A DNA stretch of 64,000 bases from an uncultured Tissierellaceae bacterium (GCA_964527205.1 CAZGQG010000004.1:7023-71022), one strand, 5' to 3'; shown: positions 40,115-50,118, counted from the stretch's first letter. Numbers and translations: made by a program. Notes: generated from the sequence alone by a model not told the origin.

Positions 40115-40159
40115 ATTATATCATTTTATTCTAATTTTATACCTAGCCGTAACGGCTAG
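40115..40159 (-). promoter_or_regulatory. Extended -10 promoter (TGATATAAT) with upstream palindrome CTAGCCG-N3-CGGCTAG
   Basis: Palindrome at 40143-40159, exactly 22 nt spacer, TATAAT at 40115-40120 preceded by TGA. The same architecture occurs at 50165-50209. Confidence 0.55.
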
Positions 40160-40339
40160 TTTTTCATATATAATTTACATATATAAGACTCAAGTCCTCT
40201 TATTTATTAGAAATAAGAGGAAATGAGTCATGGATTGGAGAAATAAAGATTGTATGTAAAATATGATCTAATGCCTTATCTAGTTATAAGGAAAGGAGAA
40301 AGAAACTTACTATATGGAAGCCATAGTCAAGATAATTCA

Positions 40340-41089
40340 TTATTCTTGATTGTAAAAATAGCCGCTTAAGACTAGGAGTACTTGGGAGGGTAGGTAAAAA
40401 AACCACATTAATATGTAGGAGATATTTCTATAATTTGTTAAAAACAAATTATCTATATTCATGGTCTTTGGAAGATTAAATAAGAGGACATTTACATCAC
40501 ATAGGATAAATAGAATCATCCCAGCCAGGATCATTCTGCTATTTCTCTTTGGATATGTAGTTGATTTTAGGAGTTGAAAGCCCCTATAGCTAGCTGCTAA
40601 TAAGGCTATGGCGTAAAAAATAGATATTGTTATTAGAAAATCAAACTCTCCTAAAAACCTATTGCTCACAGCATAGATAAGCATTAGAAAAATCAATAAG
40701 GAGGAAAAATTATAAAGACTATTCCTTGTGAATTCTTCCCTATATCTTAAATTATGTAGGATTTGTGCCAGGGCAAAGATCCCTACTCCCAGAGCATGTT
40801 TGCCCTTTATAAATAGAAGTAAAAAATCTGCAACTAGGGTTGTAGCCAGAGCTAATCTTAGTAAGAGGATGTCTCTTTTGGATATATAATTTTTACCTAT
40901 TAAAAGACTTATGGCAAAAACCATAAGCATAGCAAGGTACTTAAGCCTATCTGAATATCTTAAGATATCTGTCCTAGATAAATCTATATATAAAAAAGCC
41001 ACATATACTACTAGAAGCAAGCCTAGTAAGATTACTATAAGTAGGGATTTTTTATCCCTTTTTACTTCCTGAGCTTTCATTTGCCTCAA
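40340..41089 (-). CDS. YhhN-family membrane protein (lysoplasmalogenase-like)
   Basis: 249 aa with about 8 TM helices. YhhN-like size and topology; family call from memory. Confidence 0.45.
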   Translation of the reverse strand: MRQMKAQEVKRDKKSLLIVILLGLLLVVYVAFLYIDLSRTDILRYSDRLKYLAMLMVFAISLLIGKNYISKRDILLLRLALATTLVADFLLLFIKGKHALGVGIFALAQILHNLRYREEFTRNSLYNFSSLLIFLMLIYAVSNRFLGEFDFLITISIFYAIALLAASYRGFQLLKSTTYPKRNSRMILAGMILFILCDVNVLLFNLPKTMNIDNLFLTNYRNISYILMWFFYLPSQVLLVLSGYFYNQE

Positions 41090-41176
41090 CCTTTCTCGGA
41101 TTAAATAATTGGATACTAATAATTCATATTATACAATAATACATATATAAGCATATATTTTTAATAGTTATAAAGC

Positions 41177-41225
41177 AAAAAAAAGATATAGGAATAGTAG
41201 TAAATTATACTATCTATCCTATATC
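41177..41225 (-). terminator. Terminator after the flavoprotein reductase gene
   Basis: Imperfect long hairpin gatatagga.../...tcctatatc followed by T8 on the minus strand. Confidence 0.65.
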
Positions 41226-41275
41226 AATTATACTCTATTTGTGCTTAACTAGAGTCTTTTATAACACATATTAAA

Positions 41276-43030
41276 TTATTTTACAAATTTTGCTGCTGCT
41301 GCACCTGCTTGTCTTCCAAAGGTTAGGAAGCTCATTATTGCAGTACCACTACCAGGATATTCCTTGTATAGGATTTGTCCTGAAGCTACTTCTCCTGCTG
41401 CATATAGACCAGGTATTACATTTCCTTCTGTGTCTATTGCTTCAGCATCTATATTAATCTTAACTCCACCATGGGTTCCACTATTATGCATCTTCATATG
41501 AACTGCATAGAAGTCCCCTTCCTCTATTGGAATCATGTATTCAGCTGCCTTGCCATATCTTGTGTCTTCACCATTCTTACTCATTTCATTGTACTCATCC
41601 ACTGTTTCTTTTAATGAGTCAGCATCTACTCCCATTTTCTCTGCTAATTCTTCTATGGATCCAGCTTCAACTGCTCCACCTGCTTCAATTGCTCCTGCAA
41701 CCCTATCATTAAATGTCTTTTCATCAAAAACATACCAGCAATTGTCATAGCCTGTGTCCATTAATTCTCTTGTTCTCTTAAAGTGGAAATCTTTTTCATC
41801 CATAAATCTTTCTCCATCTGGAGTTACAAAAAGACCTGTAGCCTCTTCACCATAACCATAGTATGTTCCTGTACGGTCTAGGGTCATATTTATTCCACCA
41901 TCTGGCATAACTAGGTCTGCACCTACTTCTTTAGCCATGGTAATTCCATCACCAAAGTTTCCTTCTCCTACACCAGTTGTAAATTCTCCTGCACTTGGAT
42001 AGTATTCCTTAACCATTTCTTCATTCCTTGAAAATCCACCTGTTGCAAGGATTACAGCCTTGGTATTTATAGTAATTTCATCTCCATCACTATTCTCAGC
42101 TATTACTCCTACTATCTCTCCATTTTCCTCTATTAGAGAAATTGCTGGAGTTTCATAAAGAATTTCAATTCCTCTTGACTTTATTTCAGCTTCTAGAGGC
42201 ATTGTTAGGCCTGAGCCTGAATCATTTGCCGGCATATGTCCCCTAGCTGGCTTTCTATATGAATGTAGAGGCTCTACTTCATCTGAAAGCTCTACTCCAT
42301 AATCTATTAACCATTCTATATTTGCTGCTGAATTATTTGCTATTAGATTTATAAAGTCTTCATCTACTTCGTATTCTCCAATTTCCATTAAGAATTCTGC
42401 AAATAATTCTGGACTGTCTTCTATTCCTAATTTCTTTTGAATATCTGTTCCTGCTGCTAGCATTTTTCCGTCAGATCTAATTGTACTTCCTCCAACTGCT
42501 GGCATTTTTTCAAGCAATATTATATTTTCTGCTCCATTATCTGAAGCTTCTAAAGTTGCTGCTAAACCTGCTATTCCTCCACCTACAACAACTAGATCTG
42601 CCTCCATTGTAAGCTTTTCTCCAACTTTTTCTTCCTTATCTCCAGCTACTTTTAAAGCTGCAATATCTGCTCCTGCTTCTTTTAATGCTTCTTCTACTGC
42701 TTCTAAAATACCATTACTAGTAAAGGTTGCCCCTGCTACAGCATCCACTGCTAGGCTTTGATCTTCTACTATTCTCTCTGGTATTCTTTCTAGGGCTGGG
42801 TCTGCAACACCTGCTGATTCTTCGTGTCCTAGAACTTCAACGCTTTTAATTTCCTTTGCATCTACTTTTACCTCAACTTCTATAGGCCCATTATGTCCCT
42901 CTGCTTTTCCCTTGTATGTACCAGCTATGTATAGATCATCTCCTGATGCATCATCAGTCCCTGTAGTACAGCCTGATAAAACTGATAATAACAAAACTAA
43001 TACAAGTACTAAACTTATACTTCTTTTCAT
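41276..43030 (-). CDS. Extracytoplasmic lipoprotein: FMN_bind domain + FAD-dependent fumarate/urocanate-reductase-type (flavocytochrome c family) domain
   Basis: 584 aa with lipobox LSGC (Cys21), the flavinylation-type motif DAVAGATFTS (Thr102), the FAD fold VVVGGGIAGLAA, and a C-terminal GLYAAGE motif. Confidence 0.8.
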   Translation of the reverse strand: MKRSISLVLVLVLLLSVLSGCTTGTDDASGDDLYIAGTYKGKAEGHNGPIEVEVKVDAKEIKSVEVLGHEESAGVADPALERIPERIVEDQSLAVDAVAGATFTSNGILEAVEEALKEAGADIAALKVAGDKEEKVGEKLTMEADLVVVGGGIAGLAATLEASDNGAENIILLEKMPAVGGSTIRSDGKMLAAGTDIQKKLGIEDSPELFAEFLMEIGEYEVDEDFINLIANNSAANIEWLIDYGVELSDEVEPLHSYRKPARGHMPANDSGSGLTMPLEAEIKSRGIEILYETPAISLIEENGEIVGVIAENSDGDEITINTKAVILATGGFSRNEEMVKEYYPSAGEFTTGVGEGNFGDGITMAKEVGADLVMPDGGINMTLDRTGTYYGYGEEATGLFVTPDGERFMDEKDFHFKRTRELMDTGYDNCWYVFDEKTFNDRVAGAIEAGGAVEAGSIEELAEKMGVDADSLKETVDEYNEMSKNGEDTRYGKAAEYMIPIEEGDFYAVHMKMHNSGTHGGVKINIDAEAIDTEGNVIPGLYAAGEVASGQILYKEYPGSGTAIMSFLTFGRQAGAAAAKFVK

Positions 43031-43168
43031 TTTTTTTCCTCCTCTTTTTTATATAGATCTTAAATCAAACATCTTGTATCATTAAAACACATTGTATCAA
43101 TTTTAACGAAAGAATGCAACTAGATTTTAGAATTTCTCCCCTTTTAAGTTTCTCTAGCTTTTTTCCAT

Positions 43169-43225
43169 AAAAAAATAGCTCCAAGTAAAGATCTAATTTT
43201 CTTAATTAGATTCTCCTTGGAGCTA
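43169..43225 (-). terminator. Terminator after cls
   Basis: Long hairpin tagctccaag...cttggagcta with inner pairing, followed by T7 on the minus strand. Confidence 0.65.
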
Positions 43226-43260
43226 GCATATATTTAATCCATATTTTATTTTGATACTCT

Positions 43261-44835
43261 TTAAAGTAGAGGTGCAAACACTCTCATTAGTCTAGCCATG
43301 ATACTCATAAAGATATTGTGATTCTTTATATCTTCATAGGTAACTAGATGGGACACCTTTAAAGTTTCTCTAAAGTCATTTTTAATATCTCCTATAGTCT
43401 CTGTTCCCTCCATATAGAGTCCACATTCAAAATGATGGTAAAGGCTTCTATAGTCAAGATTTACAGTTCCCACAACTGCCTTCCTATCATCACTTAAAAA
43501 CTGCTTGGCATGCATAAAGCCTGGTGTATATTCATAGATTTTAACCCCTGAGTCCATTAGCTCCTTATAATAACTTCGAGACTGGGCAAAGACAAATTGT
43601 TTGTCTGCTATATGGGGCATTATGATCCTTACATCTACTCCCCTTCTAGCTGCAAATTGTAGGGATGTTACCATTTCACCATCTATGATTAAATAGGGGG
43701 TCATAATATAGACATAATCCTCTGCTCGGTTTAATATGTCCATATAAATCATTTGCCCTACCTTATCATTGTCCAAGGGAGAATCTCCATAGGGTATAAC
43801 ATAGCCTTTTTCCCTTCCCTCTAATTCTTCAGACTTGTACTTATCCATCATATAGCTTCTGTTTTCTTCACTGGCATTCCAAAGTTGTAAAAACATTATG
43901 GTAAAGCTTTCCACAGCCTTGCCTTGGACCATAACAACTGTATCCTTCCAATGGCCATATACTTCTATTAGATTAATATACTCATCTGCAAGATTTATGC
44001 CTCCTGTAAAGGCAAGTTTTCCATCAATTACTAGGATCTTCCTATGGTCCCTATAGTTGTAGTGGGTCGAAAGAAAGGGACGGATTGGTGAAAAGACCTT
44101 GCATTCTATGCCCAGCTTCCTTAATTTATCAGGATAGCTATGAGGCAGAAGGGCGAATTCATTGGTTCCATCATACATAAACCTAACCTCCACACCTTCC
44201 TTTACCTTGTCAGCTAGGATTTTTAAAATTTGTCCCCACATATAGCCTTCCTCAACTATAAAATATTCCATAAAAATAAATTCTTCAGCTTTTTCTAACT
44301 GAATTAAGATTTCTTTAAAGGCATCCTCACCTAGGGGGAAAAACTTTGTTCCCGTATTTTTATATACTGGGTAGCCTCCTGCCTTGCCAGTATAGGTGGC
44401 CAAATTGTATAGGCCCTTGTTTTCCAAGCTTAACTTTTTCATTAAATCCTTCTGGTCTATAAATTCACCTTGAGATTCCCTTACTATTTCTTTTATCCTC
44501 TTCTTTATAGTCCTGTGTCCCAGATCCTTTTGTATAAAGATATAAAGCAGACCTCCAAAACCAGGAAGTAGCATAATAAGTGTAATCCATGATAACTTAA
44601 CACTGGTATTGTGGTCTGAATTTATTACATATAGGGCCATACCTATTGTAAATACTAGGATAGTACCAACTGTAAAGGGAATGAAGCTTTCTAAAAACAT
44701 AAATACCCTAATTAACAGGAGTATTTGACCTAGTAAGAGGAGAAGAACAACTCCAGTTCTACCAAATACTATTCTCAGAATTCCCTTCTTACCTTTTTTA
44801 AGAAGCAAAATTTCATTAGCTTTATGTGTGCTCAT
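43261..44835 (-). CDS. cls: Cardiolipin synthase
   Basis: 524 aa with N-terminal TM helices and two HKD motifs (HRKILVIDGKLAFTGGINL and HAKQFLSDDRKAVVGTVNLDYRS). Confidence 0.85.
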   Translation of the reverse strand: MSTHKANEILLLKKGKKGILRIVFGRTGVVLLLLLGQILLLIRVFMFLESFIPFTVGTILVFTIGMALYVINSDHNTSVKLSWITLIMLLPGFGGLLYIFIQKDLGHRTIKKRIKEIVRESQGEFIDQKDLMKKLSLENKGLYNLATYTGKAGGYPVYKNTGTKFFPLGEDAFKEILIQLEKAEEFIFMEYFIVEEGYMWGQILKILADKVKEGVEVRFMYDGTNEFALLPHSYPDKLRKLGIECKVFSPIRPFLSTHYNYRDHRKILVIDGKLAFTGGINLADEYINLIEVYGHWKDTVVMVQGKAVESFTIMFLQLWNASEENRSYMMDKYKSEELEGREKGYVIPYGDSPLDNDKVGQMIYMDILNRAEDYVYIMTPYLIIDGEMVTSLQFAARRGVDVRIIMPHIADKQFVFAQSRSYYKELMDSGVKIYEYTPGFMHAKQFLSDDRKAVVGTVNLDYRSLYHHFECGLYMEGTETIGDIKNDFRETLKVSHLVTYEDIKNHNIFMSIMARLMRVFAPLL

Positions 44836-44874
44836 AGTTTCATTCCTTTTCCTTATATTTTAGAAGACAGATCT

Positions 44875-45909
44875 CTAACTCTCCTTGCCTTCCCTGTCCT
44901 TTAGCTTCTTAGTCCATTGACTATAGATAGTCTTTAATGATTCTGGATTTAATTCTATTTGATTTTCATAGGCATATTTAATAGCTTGTCCTAGGGCAAA
45001 GGTAACACTGCTAGCTACTCCTCCCCCTACTATTAAGTTATAGCCTGGTATAAGTTTGATTAGCTGTCTATAGGCAGCCCTTCCTGCACTTCCAGTTATG
45101 GTGGTAAGGATCATTTCCTTAGCATCATCTCTGGAAATTGGATTGTCATAGAGATTAGATAATTTTACCATTAGTCCAATCTGTATGGCTGTAATAGGAA
45201 CTATATCTGCCCCAGGAATAGGAGTAAGTCCCACTGCCCCTGCAGCAGCTGAGGCTCCAAGAATCCACTTTTGAGCAATAGATGATTTTTCCTTAACATG
45301 CTTAGCGAAGAGGATGTCTTTTTTTTTGACCTTTAAGATATCCAGTATCTCCATTTTTAACTTGTCTATATTTTCACCGGTCTTTGATGAAATAGGAACA
45401 ATCTTGTGTGATTCCCCAAGCTCTCCCGCTATATAGCTTACTAAAGCAGGGATATCTTCAGCAGCATCAATCTTATTTAATACAATAATTATATTATCAT
45501 TGTGTTTTTTTATTTTTTCAAATACCTTTTTCTCTGTGAGAGATAGTACATTGCCTGCAGCATTTAAGAAAAACAGGATAATATCTGATTGCTTGTAGTA
45601 ATTTAAGGTCATCTCAGAATTATCTTCTATAATATCATCTAGGCCAGGAGTATCCACAAATACAACTTTCTCCCCATACTTATGAGGCTCCACCTCAATG
45701 GTTTCACCTGGCTTAGAGCTTACCCTAGCAACTCCCTCATCCATTAGGGCATTTATAGTTGATGATTTCCCTGAGTTTATATTTCCAATTAGGACAAAGA
45801 GTATATCCTTATCCAATTGTTCATTTATTTCCTTCATTTCCTTATCGTAGCTTTCATTAAAAAACTCATTAAAATCAGCTTCATTTTCTTCCCAATATGT
45901 TTTTTTCAT
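44875..45909 (-). CDS. GTP-binding protein with a C-terminal DUF697-like membrane-associated domain
   Basis: G1 GNINSGKSS, G3 DTPG, G4 NKID, and a hydrophobic Gly/Ala-rich C-terminal half. Start set at ATG 45907-45909, 8 nt after GGAG; the track ORF starts at 45936. Confidence 0.65.
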   Translation of the reverse strand: MKKTYWEENEADFNEFFNESYDKEMKEINEQLDKDILFVLIGNINSGKSSTINALMDEGVARVSSKPGETIEVEPHKYGEKVVFVDTPGLDDIIEDNSEMTLNYYKQSDIILFFLNAAGNVLSLTEKKVFEKIKKHNDNIIIVLNKIDAAEDIPALVSYIAGELGESHKIVPISSKTGENIDKLKMEILDILKVKKKDILFAKHVKEKSSIAQKWILGASAAAGAVGLTPIPGADIVPITAIQIGLMVKLSNLYDNPISRDDAKEMILTTITGSAGRAAYRQLIKLIPGYNLIVGGGVASSVTFALGQAIKYAYENQIELNPESLKTIYSQWTKKLKDREGKES

Positions 45910-46005
45910 TTTATCAACTCCAATATAAGTCATCATAGCTATATTAATCTCTATTAATAAGATATTTACCCTATATTTATTATATCATGTGGCAAAAAAA
46001 TTTAT

Positions 46006-47742
46006 TTATAAGATTTCCTTCTTGGCTATTTTATAAAACTCCTTGGCATAACTATACTGCCTAAGGGCATAGTCTCCTTGTTCCATACCAATATAGGTCC
46101 TGTATTCACTCCAATTACTCCATAGGAAACCACATAGGGCAACATAGGAATAGATCTTAATCCTAGTTTCCTTAGAACAACCCTTAGAAAAATATATTTC
46201 TATTAGCCTGTCTATTTCCTCTTTATTATAGCCTGCAGATACAGCAAACATGGCTATATCTATATCTGGATCATGCATACCTGCATATTCCCAGTCTATA
46301 AGTCTTACCTCATCATCAAAGATAAGGAAATTATTTGGAACAGAGTCAATATGGCTAAGGATATACTTCCTATCCAGACTTTCTATATAGTCCTTTAATT
46401 CCCACATTTTTCTCTTTACCTCATTATAATCTTTATGGATTGAATCTTCTTTTCCTCTTAGGGACTCATAGTATTCAATTTTTTCGAAAAGATTGAATTC
46501 ATGATCTACTTCTAGTTCTAAATTGTGTAATTCCTTTAATTTACCTATACATCTCCTTACATCCTCCAGGTCCTTAGGATTGCACTCTCTGGCATTAGAC
46601 CAGTATTCTGTTATCCTAAGTCCATTATTTGGATTAAAATAGGAGATTTTATCTGAAACATCATAGTCCATTAAAAGCTGATATACCTGGTATTCCTCTT
46701 TCCTGTCAATGATCTTATCCGTTCCCTCACCAGGTATACGAACCATATACTTCTTGTTTTGAAGTTCAAATTTAAAGGTATTGTTAGTCATGCCCTTTTT
46801 CAAGGCTACTATGGAGCTAATCTTCTCTGGAACCGTATTGAATATCTCTGCAATAAAGGAGATAAGTTCTGATTCTAAATGGGGAGAATCAGGATCAAAG
46901 TGCCTTAGCTCTTCATAGGTATCAATACCAATAAAGCTTAGGGGTGCTTCAGTATTGGGAGAGACTAATATATTCCCATCCTGAATCAAAGCCTCCTCCC
47001 AAACCTTGTCCTTGTAAAGAGGATCCTGGTAGAGCTCCTTTAGGTTCTCCCTTATAGCCCTAGCCTTCCTTTCAAGGATATAGGCTATACCCATTAAGGA
47101 CTCCTCCTTCTCAGGAGCTACCATAACCAATTCCTCTTCCTCATTTACCATCAATACACTCTTTTTATCCTTAATCTCTGAATTCATATACCAGGAATAA
47201 AGCTCTCTTTCTGAAAAAGGATTGTTTTTGTAATATATATCACTGGGAACAATATAAGAATTTCCCAAATATTCCTCTGCCAGGGCAAGGGAATGAAGAC
47301 TATCCATCTCATCAAAATCCTCATTGTAGAGGAGTCTTACCCCATATTTCTCTTCTAAGTATTCAAATCTTTCCCTCATGAAACCCAGAACAATGTAAAT
47401 TTCTTCTATGCCTACCTCATGAAGCTGGCGGATGATTCTTTCAATTAGGACTTCTCCCCTGACCTTCAAGAGTCCCTTTGGTATCTTGGAATTAATGGGA
47501 GTCATACGGGTTCCAGGCCCAGCAGCTAAGATAATGGCATTCTTTGGCTTCTTTTTTTCTAATTCCCTCATTCCCTTGTCCGTTAGGGTGTGATCCTCAT
47601 GGATAAATCCTCTTCTAATCAATTCAGTCAAAGATTCTTCTACTTCTTCCAAGGGATATTCACTTATCTCAGTTAAAATATTTTGATCTATGTAGGACTG
47701 TTTTGAAAGTTCCTTAAGTATATCTAGTTCTTGTAAATTCAT
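46006..47742 (-). CDS. Fusion protein: nucleotidyltransferase (LicC-like) + choline/aminoglycoside-type kinase (LicA-like) with an N-terminal HTH-like region
   Basis: 578 aa with NAIILAAGPGTRM...PKGLL (sugar/phosphocholine nucleotidyltransferase) and kinase motifs (LSHIDSVPNNFL, IDWEYAG). Confidence 0.7.
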   Translation of the reverse strand: MNLQELDILKELSKQSYIDQNILTEISEYPLEEVEESLTELIRRGFIHEDHTLTDKGMRELEKKKPKNAIILAAGPGTRMTPINSKIPKGLLKVRGEVLIERIIRQLHEVGIEEIYIVLGFMRERFEYLEEKYGVRLLYNEDFDEMDSLHSLALAEEYLGNSYIVPSDIYYKNNPFSERELYSWYMNSEIKDKKSVLMVNEEEELVMVAPEKEESLMGIAYILERKARAIRENLKELYQDPLYKDKVWEEALIQDGNILVSPNTEAPLSFIGIDTYEELRHFDPDSPHLESELISFIAEIFNTVPEKISSIVALKKGMTNNTFKFELQNKKYMVRIPGEGTDKIIDRKEEYQVYQLLMDYDVSDKISYFNPNNGLRITEYWSNARECNPKDLEDVRRCIGKLKELHNLELEVDHEFNLFEKIEYYESLRGKEDSIHKDYNEVKRKMWELKDYIESLDRKYILSHIDSVPNNFLIFDDEVRLIDWEYAGMHDPDIDIAMFAVSAGYNKEEIDRLIEIYFSKGCSKETRIKIYSYVALCGFLWSNWSEYRTYIGMEQGDYALRQYSYAKEFYKIAKKEIL

Positions 47743-47880
47743 AGCTTAATACCTCCTAAGATAATTATATCATAATTTTCTGTAAATCTCTCCACTATGA
47801 CTATTCAGGCTTAAAGTAGCTAGCTATATAGGGATATATATATATAAAAGAAGCTATAAACTAGTTAATCTTATAAAACC

Positions 47881-47908
47881 AAAAAAATAAGGGGCCCTTA
47901 GGCCCCTT
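47881..47908 (-). terminator. Terminator after the HEAT-repeat lipoprotein gene
   Basis: aaggggcc-ctta-ggcccctt followed by T7 on the minus strand. Confidence 0.8.
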
Positions 47909-47936
47909 TAGATTATATGTTTTGCAATTGTTCATC

Positions 47937-49199
47937 TTACTTATTCTTTTCCCATATTTTATTATATTCCTCTAGTATGTCTTCTTTTTCAGGATGACTT
48001 GAGGATTCTAGAACTCCCTTAAGATTGGTAAAGTCATCTCTGCTTCCATATTTATTTACTAGCTCAATTGCATATTTAGGAGCCAAGTAATAAATATCAG
48101 GGTCCTTTGCAATCTCAAACATAGGATCTATTAGTTCTCTGGAATTATAATAAGTAGACTGTCCTTCCCATTCCTTGAAGCTCTCAATATCACTGGTATT
48201 TTCTCTCTTTGCGCTGTTAATATAGTTTATTGCCTTAAAATGTGGCATTCTTTCACTTCTTGGCTGGTAATTAAGGTAGTCAATTGTAGCCCTATAGGCT
48301 TTTTCACTTGTTCCATCATAAATTGGAGGACCAAGCCAAAGCTTTACTAGGGAAGTCATGGCGTCTTCATGATATTCTTCCCTATCCTCATCCATTAAAA
48401 CTTCCACAAGACTGTCTACAGCCCTATCATCTCCTAAATCTCCAACTCTTCTATAGGCTGCTCCTTTAACATCAACATTCTCATCCTCCATCATTTCTAT
48501 TAGTCTGTCTAGACTCCTATCTATTTCTTGTGATGAAGATATGCCCAATGTAGAGTTAGATCTAATAAGGGGATGTTCATGCTGGGACATATTGAAAATA
48601 AAATCTGCTACTTCAGGATCTTCCATATGATATCTAAAGGTATTGGTTAATTGATTTAGGACAAAGGTATCTTCTTCTGTTTTAGCCAAATCTAGGAGCA
48701 TTTTCATCTTATCAGCTTCTTCTTCTAAAGCAGATCTTAAGTTAGAGCCAGTTCTTTGGTCAAGCAATACCTGTCCCCTCACAAGTGGATCGGGACTTGC
48801 CAAAGCTTTTTCAAGAATTAAGCCCATATCTGGAAATACAGCCTTGTCTTTTCTTAAAAGTCCTAGTGCCTTATCAGTTTTATCAAATTTTATATTTAAA
48901 GTGTTTTCGAAGTTATCAGACTTTGCATATTTATAGGATTCCAGCAAGCTTAGATATTCATCCACACTTATATTGTTTCTATCCTCTACCAATGCATCTA
49001 TTAGGTCCTCCTCTGTCATGTTTTCATAATCTATGTCCAGGCTCTCTCTCACTTGATCTTCTTCCTTCTCCTCTTCTTCTAGGTCTTCTAACTCTACTAT
49101 TTCAGTTTCTACTTGGGATTCCTCTGCCTTATTTTCACATCCTATAAATAAGGAGCTTACAATTAAAAGCACTGCCAATAAAATAAGGATTTTCTTCAC
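47937..49199 (-). CDS. Lipoprotein with HEAT/armadillo-like repeats
   Basis: 420 aa with lipobox FIGC, an acidic linker, and repeated D..VR..A...L-type HEAT-like units. Confidence 0.5.
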   Translation of the reverse strand: MKKILILLAVLLIVSSLFIGCENKAEESQVETEIVELEDLEEEEKEEDQVRESLDIDYENMTEEDLIDALVEDRNNISVDEYLSLLESYKYAKSDNFENTLNIKFDKTDKALGLLRKDKAVFPDMGLILEKALASPDPLVRGQVLLDQRTGSNLRSALEEEADKMKMLLDLAKTEEDTFVLNQLTNTFRYHMEDPEVADFIFNMSQHEHPLIRSNSTLGISSSQEIDRSLDRLIEMMEDENVDVKGAAYRRVGDLGDDRAVDSLVEVLMDEDREEYHEDAMTSLVKLWLGPPIYDGTSEKAYRATIDYLNYQPRSERMPHFKAINYINSAKRENTSDIESFKEWEGQSTYYNSRELIDPMFEIAKDPDIYYLAPKYAIELVNKYGSRDDFTNLKGVLESSSHPEKEDILEEYNKIWEKNK

Positions 49200-49224
49200 T
49201 TTAACCCCTCCTTATAGTCTTAGT

Positions 49225-50118
49225 TTAATCATATTTTCTTAGTCTATTTCTTTCACGTAGGCCTGCAATTGTTTCATCACGCTCACTCCTAGCATTATAG
49301 GCAGCTGCCTTGCTAAAGGCTGATTCAAGCTTATCTCCCAGATCTTCATCTAACTTGCCCTTAAAGAGAGACTTGGTAGCAGAGGTGGATGCATCTCTCA
49401 TACTAGCTCTTACTTCTTTTTTCTTTACCCCATAGTCTTCACTTTGCATTTCTACAGCTTCATTTATACTCTTCATAAGACTTATAGCATTTTCTCTTAT
49501 CTTTTCTTTTTTCTTGCTTGATTCATTATCTGCAACTAGTAATTCTATTCCATGTAGATAGGGATGCTGTGTAAAGATAGTAAGGTATAATTTTTTCATT
49601 TTTTCATCTGGATATTCCTTTAAGTCTGAAGTATTAAAGACAGTTCGGTCCTCTAATTTTTTAGTTCTGTTCTCATCCTTAAGGTCAGTATACTCACCGT
49701 GTATACAAGCTCCTTCCAATTCATCAGCATGGAAGACATCAAAGCTCTCATATTTTGGATGTTTTTCCCATATGGTGTAATTACGACTATCCTTATGATA
49801 GCGAAGTTCATATTTGCCTAGGTTTATACTGGTCCATGGGTGGTCAGCTGAAAGAGCTTCAGTTAATTTAGGATATTCAAAATCAGCAAAATATTGATTA
49901 TAGATCTCTCTGTCTTTTTTTCTTTGTTCTAGGTGGGAATCAAGATCTGCTTTTTTCATATCTACAAGTTCAACAAAGGGACTAAGCATGGATTTTCTAC
50001 ATTTGTTGCAAACATATATCTTTTCTCCCTTATCTGCTAACTTTGCTCTATTAAGAGCTCCTACTTCCTCTTGGCACAAATAGCATTCATCTTTTTTTAA
50101 GAAACCAAATATTCCCAT
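49225..50118 (-). CDS. Zinc-ribbon protein related to the DUF4428-type protein at 38779..39492
   Basis: 297 aa: N-terminal CYLCQEEVGALNRAKLADKGEKIYVCNKCRKSMLSPF, followed by a charged helical C-terminus. Confidence 0.5.
   Translation of the reverse strand: MGIFGFLKKDECYLCQEEVGALNRAKLADKGEKIYVCNKCRKSMLSPFVELVDMKKADLDSHLEQRKKDREIYNQYFADFEYPKLTEALSADHPWTSINLGKYELRYHKDSRNYTIWEKHPKYESFDVFHADELEGACIHGEYTDLKDENRTKKLEDRTVFNTSDLKEYPDEKMKKLYLTIFTQHPYLHGIELLVADNESSKKKEKIRENAISLMKSINEAVEMQSEDYGVKKKEVRASMRDASTSATKSLFKGKLDEDLGDKLESAFSKAAAYNARSERDETIAGLRERNRLRKYD

Noticed and set aside
40143-40159. CTAGCCG-taa-CGGCTAG hairpin (and its twin at 50193-50209) as Rho-independent terminators
   Set aside because: A T-tract follows the hairpin only on the plus strand, where no gene or obvious sRNA ends. 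On the coding (minus) strand no U-tract follows. The fixed 22-nt distance to TGATATAAT fits a DNA operator better. A plus-strand antisense terminator cannot be fully excluded.
40196-40220. Perfect 10-bp hairpin cctcttattt-attag-aaataagagg between the YhhN-like gene and the palindromic promoter
   Set aside because: Neither strand has a U-tract and the second module has no counterpart. It may be a weak terminator or stabiliser, but there is not enough evidence to call a feature.
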